A DNA stretch of 34,698 nucleotides from the IMG/VR virus record IMGVR_UViG_3300019854_000008, positions 1-34,698 of that record, one strand, 5' to 3'. Positions 16,329 to 23,819 of the stretch are shown piece by piece. The notes under the pieces were generated by a model. It worked only from the letters and a program-made list of their open reading frames with translations, was not told the DNA's origin and did not search any database. The stretch comes from a virus. How positions within the stretch are numbered: position 1 is the first letter of the stretch; the number at the start of each line of letters is the position of its first letter. A program made the position numbers and the translations under genes.

Positions 16329-16337
16329 TTGTCCACA
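16329..16337 (+). promoter_or_regulatory. Single DnaA box of the actinobacterial consensus type (TTGTCCACA)
   Basis: An exact TTGTCCACA in the divergent intergenic region. Confidence 0.4.
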
Positions 16338-16438
16338 GCTGTCCGCCTCCGGCGTCACTGACGTGGGGCTTGCTCGCACCTCCCGGGACCCGTGCCGTGG
16401 GGGGTAGGGGGGTGTTTATTCTCTTAGATAAGGTTTGG

Positions 16439-16474
16439 GGCTCATTTTGAGCCGGGTGGGTCGGCTCATTTTGA
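16439..16474 (+). repeat. Two copies of the 12-mer GGCTCATTTTGA, 24 bp apart (candidate operators)
   Basis: The copies are at 16439-16450 and 16463-16474. The first is part of the small palindrome gctca-ttt-tgagc. The second overlaps a TTGACA hexamer (16471-76). Confidence 0.5.
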
Positions 16475-16523
16475 CACCCCCACCCACCTCCCTAGATCGT
16501 GACTGATGTCACGCCGACGCGGG

Positions 16524-16552
16524 TTGACTGGCGTGTCGACACGCCGTAGATT
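16524..16552 (+). promoter_or_regulatory. Early rightward promoter TTGACT-N17-TAGATT with a perfect 16-bp palindromic operator in the spacer
   Basis: The -35 is TTGACT (16524-29) and the -10 is TAGATT (16547-52). The spacer contains ggcgtgtcgacacgcc (16530-45), a perfect palindrome. An AAGGAGG SD at 16571-77 and the ATG at 16584 follow. Confidence 0.55.
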
Positions 16553-16583
16553 GATCCCATCAGGTCAACCAAGGAGGAACCAA

Positions 16584-16844
16584 ATGAACACCACCGCCCA
16601 GCTCCCCAGCCGCGCAGCCACCACCCTGATCACCTGGGTCGCCACCACCTCGATCGTCGCCGTGCTCGCCGCGGTCGCCGGCCTGCTCGCCGGCGGAGTC
16701 GGCCCGGCCACCGTCCCGGCCCTGGTCATCGGCCTGCCGGTCGCCATCAAGGCCACACGGTCCAGCAACCGCAGGAAGGCCATCCTCCGCCACGCTGACA
16801 GCCTCGCAGCCCAGGCCCGGTACCAGGCACCGGCCGCCCGGTGA
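16584..16844 (+). CDS. Small membrane protein (2 TM), first early gene
   Basis: ORF 16506..16844, trimmed to ATG 16584 (AAGGAGG SD). The hydrophobic segments are LITWVATTSIVAVLAAVAGLLAGGV and VPALVIGLPVAI. Confidence 0.65.
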   Translation: MNTTAQLPSRAATTLITWVATTSIVAVLAAVAGLLAGGVGPATVPALVIGLPVAIKATRSSNRRKAILRHADSLAAQARYQAPAAR

Positions 16845-16888
16845 ACGGCCCTCAGAAACGCTCACACGACCTCAGGAAGGAACACTCC

Positions 16889-17182
16889 ATGTACCTGTCA
16901 ACCACCGCCCAGAACGACACCGCAGCCCTCATCGCCAAGTGGGTCCGCGAGAACACGATCGGCTACGGCGCCGTCGCCACCGAGGTCGGCCGGGCCGGCT
17001 ACCCGGACGCCGCCGTGGTCGCCATCGCCAAGGACGGCAACACCACCTGCACCGCGAAGGTTGCCGTCCACCACAACCGCATCGTGTACGTGTCGAAGCT
17101 CGGCGCCCACATCTCCTACCCGATCACGTTCAAGGACGCCGGCCGGATCGTCGGAGGCTTCCTCTCGCTCGAGGTCGACTGA
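16889..17182 (+). CDS. Hypothetical early protein (97 aa), module 1 of the small-protein series
   Basis: ORF 16841..17182, trimmed to ATG 16889, which is preceded by GGAAGGAACAC. It contains ATEVGRAGYPDAA, similar to AKEIGRRGFPAEA in the next gene. Confidence 0.65.
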   Translation: MYLSTTAQNDTAALIAKWVRENTIGYGAVATEVGRAGYPDAAVVAIAKDGNTTCTAKVAVHHNRIVYVSKLGAHISYPITFKDAGRIVGGFLSLEVD

Positions 17183-17475
17183 TGTTCGGCTTCCACAAGA
17201 AGAAGAACCCGTGGTCGATGGCCAATGACATCGCGAAGGAAATCGGCCGCCGCGGGTTTCCCGCCGAGGCTAAGCCGGTTACCGTGATGTCCGCGATGGG
17301 CAACGCCCAGAAGTTCGCAATCGTGATTCCAGCGCGCGGAGTCGCAGTCATAAACAACGACCTCAACATTGTTGTCGCCTCGTCCAATAAGCCACTCCCG
17401 CAGGCTCCGGTATTCGAATACAAGAATGCTGAAGCTGCCGCGGAAAACATTTTGAGAAACCTGCCACTGTCATGA
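17182..17475 (+). CDS. Hypothetical early protein (97 aa), likely paralog of 16889..17182; low-GC 3' half
   Basis: ATG 17182 overlaps the upstream TGA (TGATG). The sequence is MFGFHKKKNPWSMANDIAKEIGRRGFPAEA... GC drops to about 47-52% in 17341-17460. Confidence 0.65.
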   Translation: MFGFHKKKNPWSMANDIAKEIGRRGFPAEAKPVTVMSAMGNAQKFAIVIPARGVAVINNDLNIVVASSNKPLPQAPVFEYKNAEAAAENILRNLPLS

Positions 17476-17642
17476 GAATCCCCCAGAACACCGCAATGCG
17501 TAACCGGTCCGAGTCCGCGAAGGCTGCAGCCGCCAGGTACAGGCGCCGTGTCGAGCGAGCCGAGATGGCCGACTGGAAGCACGTCACCTACACCGACCCG
17601 GCCACCGGTCGCGCACAGGCAATCAACATCCGCCACAGCTGA
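17472..17642 (+). CDS. Small basic protein (56 aa), not in the ORF track
   Basis: My translation is MRIPQNTAMRNRSESAKAAAARYRRRVERAEMADWKHVTYTDPATGRAQAINIRHS*. It has an ATGA overlap with the upstream stop. It exactly fills the gap before the GAAGGAACC SD of the next gene. Confidence 0.5.
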   Translation: MRIPQNTAMRNRSESAKAAAARYRRRVERAEMADWKHVTYTDPATGRAQAINIRHS

Positions 17643-17652
17643 AGGAACCAAC

Positions 17653-18207
17653 ATGACCCTCGAAGATATCCTCAACACTCTCTTGCCGCTCCTCCATGAC
17701 GGAGAGACGGCTGCCATCACCAAGTCCGATGACGTTGGCGACCAGATGATCGCCCTCGCAGGCACCGCCAGGAAGACCGGCATCTACGACTACGGCGGCG
17801 TCTACGTGTGGTACTCCCAGCCCGGCGGTGACGCCTGGCCGTCCGGCGACACGGACGCCATGAACAGGCAGCTGCCCATCATGCTGGACTACGCCCGCAC
17901 CTCGCCGCTGTCCGGTGACCTCCGCGAAAATGAAGCGCGGGAGATGACACCCTCCGATCTGATCGAACAGCTCTCCGACCTTCTCGCTGGCGGCACGCCC
18001 GCCATCACGGGGAAACTCCCGAACGGCAACGCGGTAGCGGAAATTGACTACGGACCCGGCGCCATCCACATCGAGAAGGGCCGCTACACGGACTTCTCCG
18101 CGTGGGCGATCACCCACAGCCACCACTGGCCCGCCTCAAAGCGAGACCAAACCCAGGCCCGCGAAGCCGTAGCCGACATCCTGTCTGCCGTCAAGCCCGC
18201 CAACTGA
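17653..18207 (+). CDS. Hypothetical early protein (184 aa) with internal duplication of a ~90-aa module
   Basis: ORF 17548..18207, trimmed to ATG 17653. The halves align by eye: LEDILNTLLPLLHDGETAAITK with SDLIEQLSDLLAGGTPAITGK, and WPSGDTDAMNRQL with WPASKRDQTQARE. Confidence 0.65.
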   Translation: MTLEDILNTLLPLLHDGETAAITKSDDVGDQMIALAGTARKTGIYDYGGVYVWYSQPGGDAWPSGDTDAMNRQLPIMLDYARTSPLSGDLRENEAREMTPSDLIEQLSDLLAGGTPAITGKLPNGNAVAEIDYGPGAIHIEKGRYTDFSAWAITHSHHWPASKRDQTQAREAVADILSAVKPAN

Positions 18208-18219
18208 AAGGAACAACCA

Positions 18220-18504
18220 ATGTCACCCCTATCTCAGACCCGTCTCCTCATGCCGCTCCTCGAGGCGATCCGCAACCACCTCGGCCAGGGCGAGTACGCC
18301 AGCTTCAAGTCAACCACCCACGGCTCCCCGTACATCGAGGCCCGCACCGAGCGTGGCAACATGATCGCCGGCGTAGACGAGGACGGCCTGTACGCCCTCG
18401 ACGCTGGCGGCAGCCGGTACGCCTGTGACCCGAACGCCGCCAAGGACGCCATCTACAACGCGATCCGCCGCGCCCTCAACGACGCCCGCGAGGAGTGGTC
18501 ATGA
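18220..18504 (+). CDS. Hypothetical early protein (94 aa)
   Basis: An ORF with a GAAAGGAACAACC SD before ATG 18220. Confidence 0.65.
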   Translation: MSPLSQTRLLMPLLEAIRNHLGQGEYASFKSTTHGSPYIEARTERGNMIAGVDEDGLYALDAGGSRYACDPNAAKDAIYNAIRRALNDAREEWS

Positions 18505-18803
18505 TCGGCCGCCACGCCGGCGTCGCAGACAGGATCGCCATGGCCAAGGTCATCGCCGACGTCTGCCTCCGCGACCACCCCGGCCCCGACCACCTCATCG
18601 AAGAGCCCCTAGTTGACAGCGAGGCCGCAACCCTGTACATTTACTGGGGTGACCGAGACCTCATGACTGTCCATGTTGGCCGAGCCGGAGTCACCATGCG
18701 CGCCGGCCGATCAACCGTGGACATGCCATACCAATGCGACTCCCACCCAGCGGACGTAGCCAACCAGCTCCTCGGCACAATGACGAAAGGAACACTCCAA
18801 TGA
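18501..18803 (+). CDS. Hypothetical early protein (100 aa)
   Basis: ORF 18495..18803. ATG 18501 forms an ATGA overlap with the upstream stop, and AGGAG lies at 18491-95. Confidence 0.6.
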   Translation: MIGRHAGVADRIAMAKVIADVCLRDHPGPDHLIEEPLVDSEAATLYIYWGDRDLMTVHVGRAGVTMRAGRSTVDMPYQCDSHPADVANQLLGTMTKGTLQ

Positions 18804-19489
18804 CAGACCGCATCGAACACGCGAAAATCGTCGCCCAGTCCTCACTGATCCCCGCCGAGTACCGGGGTAAGCCCGCTGACATCGTGTGGGCCATGGATAT
18901 CGGTGACGCGCTGGGCGTCCCGTACACGCAGGTGATGCAGTCGATGGTCGTGGCCCGCGGGAAGATGACGATGTCCGCGGACCTGATGGGTGCCGTCGTC
19001 CGTCGGGCCGGCCACAAGTTGCGTCTCCGCGAGGACGGCGACTCTGTGACCGCCACCCTGATCCGCGCCGACGACCCCGACTACGAGTTCACCGTCACCT
19101 GGGACAAGAGCAAGGCGCAGGCTGCCGGCCTGTGGGGCAGTCGCGGACCGTGGCAGCAGTACCCGAGGCAGATGCTCCGCGCTAGGGCCATCACCGAGGT
19201 GTGCCGGCAGGGCGCGTCAGACGCCCTCGCAGGCACCGTGTACACGCCGGAGGAGCTGGAGTCCACCCCCGCGCAGAACGCCCCGCAGAAGCCCGCACAG
19301 GACCACACGCAGCGGGACATGACCCGCACCATCCTCATGGACTACTGCCACGAGTCCGGCCGGGACGCCAACGAGGTATGGCAGCAGGCGCAGGCCGCCG
19401 GCGCCGCCATGGACGACCCCGACTCCCTCTCTGCCGTCATCGACAAATGGGAGCACGGGGTCAACGCCGAGCCGCAGGAGGAGCAGTGA
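18800..19489 (+). CDS. recT: RecT-family single-strand annealing protein
   Basis: ORF 18734..19489, trimmed to ATG 18800 (GAAAGGAACAC SD). The sequence IVAQSSLIPAEYRGKPADIVWAMDIGDALGVPYTQVMQSMVVARGKMTMSADL...WQQYPRQMLRARAITEVCRQ matches the RecT pattern. Confidence 0.8.
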   Translation: MTDRIEHAKIVAQSSLIPAEYRGKPADIVWAMDIGDALGVPYTQVMQSMVVARGKMTMSADLMGAVVRRAGHKLRLREDGDSVTATLIRADDPDYEFTVTWDKSKAQAAGLWGSRGPWQQYPRQMLRARAITEVCRQGASDALAGTVYTPEELESTPAQNAPQKPAQDHTQRDMTRTILMDYCHESGRDANEVWQQAQAAGAAMDDPDSLSAVIDKWEHGVNAEPQEEQ

Positions 19490-19854
19490 AACTCCGGACC
19501 GTCACTCCGATCGGAGTGCAGCGGCGGATCCTGTCACTGATGTGGATCGGCCACTCCGAGCAGCGGATCGCCGACATGGCCGGCGTGAAACTGAAGTCGA
19601 TCCAGAAGGGGCGCGCCGGTGAATATGTGCCCGAAGAGGACAGGGTCCTCATCGCGTGCGCCTGGTCTCGAAACCAGTGCAACCTTGCCCCCGTCAACTA
19701 CGGGTCGCAGGTCGCACACAAGACCGCCGTCGACTCAGGCGCCCACTCCCCGCTCGCCTGGGACGAGGATGATATTGACAAATACCACGCCGGGCCGCAT
19801 GATTTGACCAGGGGCAGAGACCGGTCCCCGTGGAACAGGAAGGAACACTCATGA
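19486..19854 (+). CDS. Helix-turn-helix DNA-binding protein
   Basis: GTG 19486 forms a GTGA overlap with the recT stop. The HTH-like segment is HSEQRIADMAGVKLKSIQKGRAG. Confidence 0.55.
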   Translation: MKLRTVTPIGVQRRILSLMWIGHSEQRIADMAGVKLKSIQKGRAGEYVPEEDRVLIACAWSRNQCNLAPVNYGSQVAHKTAVDSGAHSPLAWDEDDIDKYHAGPHDLTRGRDRSPWNRKEHS

Positions 19855-20513
19855 AGGTCACCATCCAGAAGACGATGAACGTGCAGGATCCCGTCCGGGC
19901 GCACGACACAGACGCCGGCCTCGACCTGTACGTGCCGGAAGGGCAGGGCTGCCTGGTCCGCCGCGGCGCCGTGTACACGATTGATCTGGGCGTCAGGGTT
20001 GCCATCCCGGACGGCTACTACGGGCAGCTGGTCCTGCGGTCCTCCGCCGGTGCGAAGGGATTGACCATTCCCCACGGCGGCGGCGTCATCGACTCCGGCT
20101 ACCGCGGCAACGTCAAGGTTCTCGTTGCCGCGCTCGCCGAGCCGGTGCTGGTCGCCGCGCGGGACCGCATCTGTCAGCTGATCATCCACAAGCTGCCCGC
20201 CGTCGAGTGGACGTCCGGCGTCGTGGATGACGGCACCAGCCGCGGCACTGGCGGCTTCGGCTCCACCGGCACCGGCGCCACCGGAAAGGACGACAGGGTG
20301 AACCTCACGGTCGGCGGCCTCATGCGGGAACTGCAGGAGATCGCCTTCCGCTGCGGAAATGACACGCCAATCGTCATCCCCACCCTTGCGGACGCCGACT
20401 ACGAACAGGCCACCGCGCCGGTCATCATGCACGCCGAGCGGGAGGAAGTGCCCGGCGATTGGGATCTGTTCCGCGTCAACCCCACCGGCGACGCCGTGGC
20501 GGTGATCTCATGA
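19851..20513 (+). CDS. dut: Trimeric dUTPase with ~80-aa C-terminal extension
   Basis: ATG 19851 forms an ATGA overlap with the upstream stop. The dUTPase motifs are DAGLDL, RSS, GVIDSGYRG and RGTGGFGSTG (ending at residue 140 of 220). Eighty further residues follow in the same frame. Confidence 0.85.
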   Translation: MKVTIQKTMNVQDPVRAHDTDAGLDLYVPEGQGCLVRRGAVYTIDLGVRVAIPDGYYGQLVLRSSAGAKGLTIPHGGGVIDSGYRGNVKVLVAALAEPVLVAARDRICQLIIHKLPAVEWTSGVVDDGTSRGTGGFGSTGTGATGKDDRVNLTVGGLMRELQEIAFRCGNDTPIVIPTLADADYEQATAPVIMHAEREEVPGDWDLFRVNPTGDAVAVIS

Positions 20514-20887
20514 GCGACAACGTGAACCACCCCGACCACTACACGCAGTGGCCGGTCGAAGTCATCTACCTCACCGAGAGAGAGTCGTTCCTGATCGGCA
20601 ACGTCATCAAGTATGCGCTCCGTGCTGGCGTCAAGGACGGGGCTACGTACGGGGAAGACATGGCGAAGGCCCGCTGGTACGCGCGCAGGCACGTCGACAA
20701 CGTCGCCGGCCGCGACTCCTGGCAGGCCGGCCTCGACTCCCTGCAGACGCACTTCGCTGACGCGGCCGCCTACCTGACAGCCCGACGGGAAGACACCACC
20801 GAGATGTGCGCCTACCTGCGAGACCAGCTGGCCGCCATCTACGACCAGGTCGAGAAGGAGCTGTGCGAAGCATGGGACGCAACCTGA
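20510..20887 (+). CDS. DUF3310-like protein
   Basis: ATG 20510 forms an ATGA overlap with the upstream stop. The DUF3310 signature is NHPDHYTQWPVEVIYLTE...GNVIKYALRAG...EDMAKARWYARRH. Confidence 0.7.
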   Translation: MSDNVNHPDHYTQWPVEVIYLTERESFLIGNVIKYALRAGVKDGATYGEDMAKARWYARRHVDNVAGRDSWQAGLDSLQTHFADAAAYLTARREDTTEMCAYLRDQLAAIYDQVEKELCEAWDAT

Positions 20888-21252
20888 GATCCGCGAAAGC
20901 GGCCGGCTCCCGGTTCGAGCGACTCATCGCCGACCACCTCAACGACCGGCTGTACGGCCTCCACGTCGACCGGCAGGTCAAGACCGGGGCACACGACTCC
21001 GGCGACATCGCAGGCGTCCACCTCGCAGGCAAACGCATCGCCATCGAATGCAAAAACGTTACCCGGATGGACTTGCCCAAGTGGACGCGGGAGGCGCATA
21101 CTGAAGCCGGGAACATCGGAGGCGCCGCCGGCGTAGTCATCCACAAGAGGCACGGCAACGGCAAACCTGAAGACCAATGGGTGACCATGACAGTCACCGA
21201 CCTCGTCACCATCATCAACCTCTTCAACGAAAGGAACATCAATGGCCGCTGA
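20872..21252 (+). CDS. PD-(D/E)xK nuclease, Holliday-junction-resolvase-like
   Basis: ORF 20806..21252, trimmed to ATG 20872. The motifs GSRFERLIADHL, DSGDIAGV and AIECK fit an Hjc-type PD-(D/E)xK core. Confidence 0.6.
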   Translation: MGRNLRSAKAAGSRFERLIADHLNDRLYGLHVDRQVKTGAHDSGDIAGVHLAGKRIAIECKNVTRMDLPKWTREAHTEAGNIGGAAGVVIHKRHGNGKPEDQWVTMTVTDLVTIINLFNERNINGR

Positions 21253-21640
21253 GATCACCGTCACCGGGACGCTCACCAGGGATCCGGAGATCAAGTACGC
21301 GCAGTCCGGCACCGCGATGCTGAGGCTGGCTCTCGCCGCCACCAGGCGCCAGCAGAACCGGGACACGAAGCAATGGGAGGACGACGGCGACCCGCTGTAC
21401 ATCGACGTCACATTCTTCGGAGATCGGGAGAGCTACCTCGGGGACATCCTCCACAAGGGCGACCAGCTGTCCGTGTCGGGGGCGCTCGTCCGCCGCAACT
21501 GGGAGGCCGGCGCCAAGTCTGGCGTCGCCCTCGAGGTGCGCTTCCCGAAGCTCCTCGGCTACGTGAAGAAGACCGACAAGGCCGGCGGCGTGCAGGCACT
21601 CGCCCCGACCACGTCCAACACGTTCAGCGCCCCGTTCTGA
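21242..21640 (+). CDS. ssb: Single-stranded DNA-binding protein
   Basis: The OB-fold pattern is ITVTGTLTRDPEIKYAQSGTAMLRLALA...LYIDVTFFGDRESYLGDILHKGDQLSVSGAL, with a C-terminal tip ...TFSAPF. Confidence 0.8.
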   Translation: MAAEITVTGTLTRDPEIKYAQSGTAMLRLALAATRRQQNRDTKQWEDDGDPLYIDVTFFGDRESYLGDILHKGDQLSVSGALVRRNWEAGAKSGVALEVRFPKLLGYVKKTDKAGGVQALAPTTSNTFSAPF

Positions 21641-21650
21641 TCCAACCAAA

Positions 21651-21687
21651 CGGGTGGGGGGAAACCGGTCGGGAGTACCCCCACCCG
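21651..21687 (+). terminator. Hairpin after ssb
   Basis: A 10-bp stem, cgggtggggg (21651-60) / cccccacccg (21678-87), with a 17-nt loop. Confidence 0.5.
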
Positions 21688-21730
21688 CCTCACTACACGT
21701 AGACCCTCATAAAACGAAGGATATAAACCA

Positions 21731-22009
21731 ATGGCTTCATTCGAGATCATGATCGCGTCCCAGCCGTCCTGCCAGCAGTGCCGCTCTTCGAAGCGGTACC
21801 TCACGAAGAACAACACCCCCTACCTGGAGACGAAATACAAGGACGACGACACCGCCCAGGCGATTGCCGCAGCCAACAACTACACGGCCGCCCCCGTCTG
21901 CTACGTGGTCGACAAGCACACCGGCGACACCCTCGCCCACTGGGCAGGGTTCAACATGTTCAAGCTCCGCCAGTGGGTGAACAACTACAAGAAGGAGGCC
22001 GGCGAGTGA
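21731..22009 (+). CDS. nrdH: NrdH-like glutaredoxin
   Basis: 92 aa with the CxxC motif SQPSCQQCRSSKRYL. The locally low GC 5' region is about 43% over 21701-21760. Confidence 0.7.
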   Translation: MASFEIMIASQPSCQQCRSSKRYLTKNNTPYLETKYKDDDTAQAIAAANNYTAAPVCYVVDKHTGDTLAHWAGFNMFKLRQWVNNYKKEAGE

Positions 22010-23160
22010 CTCCCCTGGACGAGGCGATCCTCGAGAACGACGCCCTGCCGCAGCATCAGCGGCGCACTAACCAAGCCATTGCCGACGAGCACGGCACGTC
22101 CGAGGCGGCCGTCAGGCGGCACAGGAAGGCCCTGAAGCGCCGCAGCCAGATGGGTAAGGGGGGCGTCGACGAGTACTTCGGCGTGCCCGTAGAGGCCATC
22201 ACAGCCCGCGGGAAGACCGTCCGCCTGCAGGACGGGTCGTACGAGAAGATCACGTACAAGCCGGGGGTGATTGAGCGTGGCGAGGTGCAGGCGAAGCGGT
22301 TCGAGGACCTGGCGCCGATCTTCGCGGAGCCGGTCAAGGCGCCCGCACCGACAGACGGGCAGGCGACGCTCGTGGTGGTTGTGTCCGACCTGCAGATCGG
22401 GAAGACGGACAGGGGCGGCGGCACAGAGGAAACCGTCCGTCGCGTTCGCGGTGCGGTCGCCAGGATCGCCGACTACGCGGCCGGACGCTACCGGCGAGTC
22501 ATCCTTGTGGACTGCGGAGACTCCACCGAGGGCTTCAGCAACACGGTGTCGCAGGCGCAGACCAACGACCTGCCGCTCACCTATCAGATCCGCACTGCAC
22601 AGGCGCTCCTCGCTGACACGCTTCGAGCGTTGGCGCCCGCCGCCCCGGAGGTCACCTACGTGGCCGTCCCGTCGAATCACTGTCAGGTCCGCGCTGGGAT
22701 CGGCCGGTCCAACCGGGCATCGTTCCCCGGGGACGACTACGGGCTGCTGATCGCAGACAATATCCAGCAGATCGTTGCCGGCCGCCCCGGCTACGAGCAC
22801 GTCCGGTTCGAGGCGCCGGAGCGGCGCCTGGAGTCCCTGACCGTGCGCGCCGCCGATGGGACAGTCATGGGTGTCACCCACGGGCACGCGGCCGGGTCGA
22901 AGAACCGGGTAGCGGACTGGTTCCGAGGGCAGGCGTTCGGATGCGTCGCAGGCATGCAGGACGCCAGGGTGCTACTGCACGGCCACTGGCACTCCTTCTC
23001 GGTGCAGACAGTCGGCGACAGTCGACAGATCATCTGCGCGCCGACCGCAGACCCGGGCAGCTCATGGTTTCAGAACGCGTCCGGCGAGTCATCCCTGCCG
23101 CGACTGCTGACATTTGAGCTGGGGCAGGGGACATCGTCCGCTTGGCGGCTCTGGTCCTGA
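22006..23160 (+). CDS. Calcineurin-like metallophosphoesterase (SbcD/Mre11-like) with N-terminal HTH
   Basis: GTG 22006 forms a GTGA overlap with the upstream stop and has a GAAGGAGG SD. The motifs are VSDLQIG, DCGDSTEG, VPSNH, THGH and LHGHWH. The N-terminal segment RRTNQAIADEHGTSEAAVRRHRKAL is HTH-like. Confidence 0.8.
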   Translation: MTPLDEAILENDALPQHQRRTNQAIADEHGTSEAAVRRHRKALKRRSQMGKGGVDEYFGVPVEAITARGKTVRLQDGSYEKITYKPGVIERGEVQAKRFEDLAPIFAEPVKAPAPTDGQATLVVVVSDLQIGKTDRGGGTEETVRRVRGAVARIADYAAGRYRRVILVDCGDSTEGFSNTVSQAQTNDLPLTYQIRTAQALLADTLRALAPAAPEVTYVAVPSNHCQVRAGIGRSNRASFPGDDYGLLIADNIQQIVAGRPGYEHVRFEAPERRLESLTVRAADGTVMGVTHGHAAGSKNRVADWFRGQAFGCVAGMQDARVLLHGHWHSFSVQTVGDSRQIICAPTADPGSSWFQNASGESSLPRLLTFELGQGTSSAWRLWS

Positions 23161-23193
23161 AGTATCCTGGGACTGCGGTCCGCGGCATCCCCA

Positions 23194-23233
23194 GACCTGG
23201 CCTCCCTCGTCCCCCGACAAGGGAGGCCAGGTC
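23194..23233 (+). terminator. Hairpin after the metallophosphoesterase gene
   Basis: A perfect 13-bp stem, gacctggcctccc (23194-23206) / gggaggccaggtc (23221-23233), with a 14-nt loop. Confidence 0.65.
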
Positions 23234-23330
23234 GCCAGTTGGTGACGAACGCAACACCAGTGGGCGTTGACTGCTGCGGACGGCAGGGGCAGCATTGTTC
23301 CTGTCAGGCCAACCAGAAAGGAACACGACA

Positions 23331-23549
23331 ATGAACGCGGCCACCATCGCCCGGATCGCCGCCTGGAACGTCATCGCCGACGCCGAGCTTCCCGCCGGCA
23401 CCAAGGTCGTCGTTAAAGACGGCTGGGTCACCATCCAGCCGCGCGGGGGGCAGCCGGCTCACGTCCCCTACAGCCGCGCAGACACCCTTGAGAGCCTCTA
23501 CGACGCCCTCAAAGCCGCCGCCCAGGCAACCGGCCAGGACGCCCACTGA
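23331..23549 (+). CDS. Hypothetical protein (72 aa)
   Basis: ORF 23295..23549, trimmed to ATG 23331, which is preceded by AGAAAGGAACAC. Confidence 0.6.
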   Translation: MNAATIARIAAWNVIADAELPAGTKVVVKDGWVTIQPRGGQPAHVPYSRADTLESLYDALKAAAQATGQDAH

Positions 23550-23594
23550 CGGGCCGCCAGAAGCCACTCCAGCGACCTCGGAAAGGAACAGCAA

Positions 23595-23819
23595 ATGATG
23601 TACCCCCACCAGCCGACCAGGCCGACACCCATCGAAAACGTCTCAGCCGGCTCCCTCATCATCCGCGAGGGAGCCACTTGGAGGGTCGAGTCCAACACCC
23701 CCACCCCGGGCCGCCCCGCCTACCGGACCCTCACTCTCCGCGGCGGGGGTGCGGGCGCGCAGAAAGGCTCCTACGCAACCGCCCCCGCCGGCTCCATCGT
23801 CATCGTCCGCACCAACTGA
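23595..23819 (+). CDS. Hypothetical protein (74 aa)
   Basis: An ORF with a GGAAAGGAACAGC SD. Confidence 0.6.
   Translation: MMYPHQPTRPTPIENVSAGSLIIREGATWRVESNTPTPGRPAYRTLTLRGGGAGAQKGSYATAPAGSIVIVRTN

Noticed and set aside
16155-16440. Search for a leftward sigma-70-type promoter for the replication operon (for example TTGACC at 16292-97 on the minus strand).
   Set aside because: No acceptable -10 (TAnnnT) lies 16-19 nt downstream of any -35-like hexamer on the minus strand. I therefore do not call a promoter here.
21559-21816. 85-aa minus-strand ORF spanning the ssb-nrdH intergenic region.
   Set aside because: It overlaps the ends of two well-supported plus-strand genes and the terminator hairpin. 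It has no SD and no recognisable motif.
23267-23298. Possible promoter TTGACT (23267-72) after the 23194-233 terminator, ahead of the terminal mini-operon.
   Set aside because: The -35 is good, but the only hexamers at 17-20 nt spacing (CAGCAT, AGCATT, CATTGT) are poor -10 matches. It is kept as a note only.
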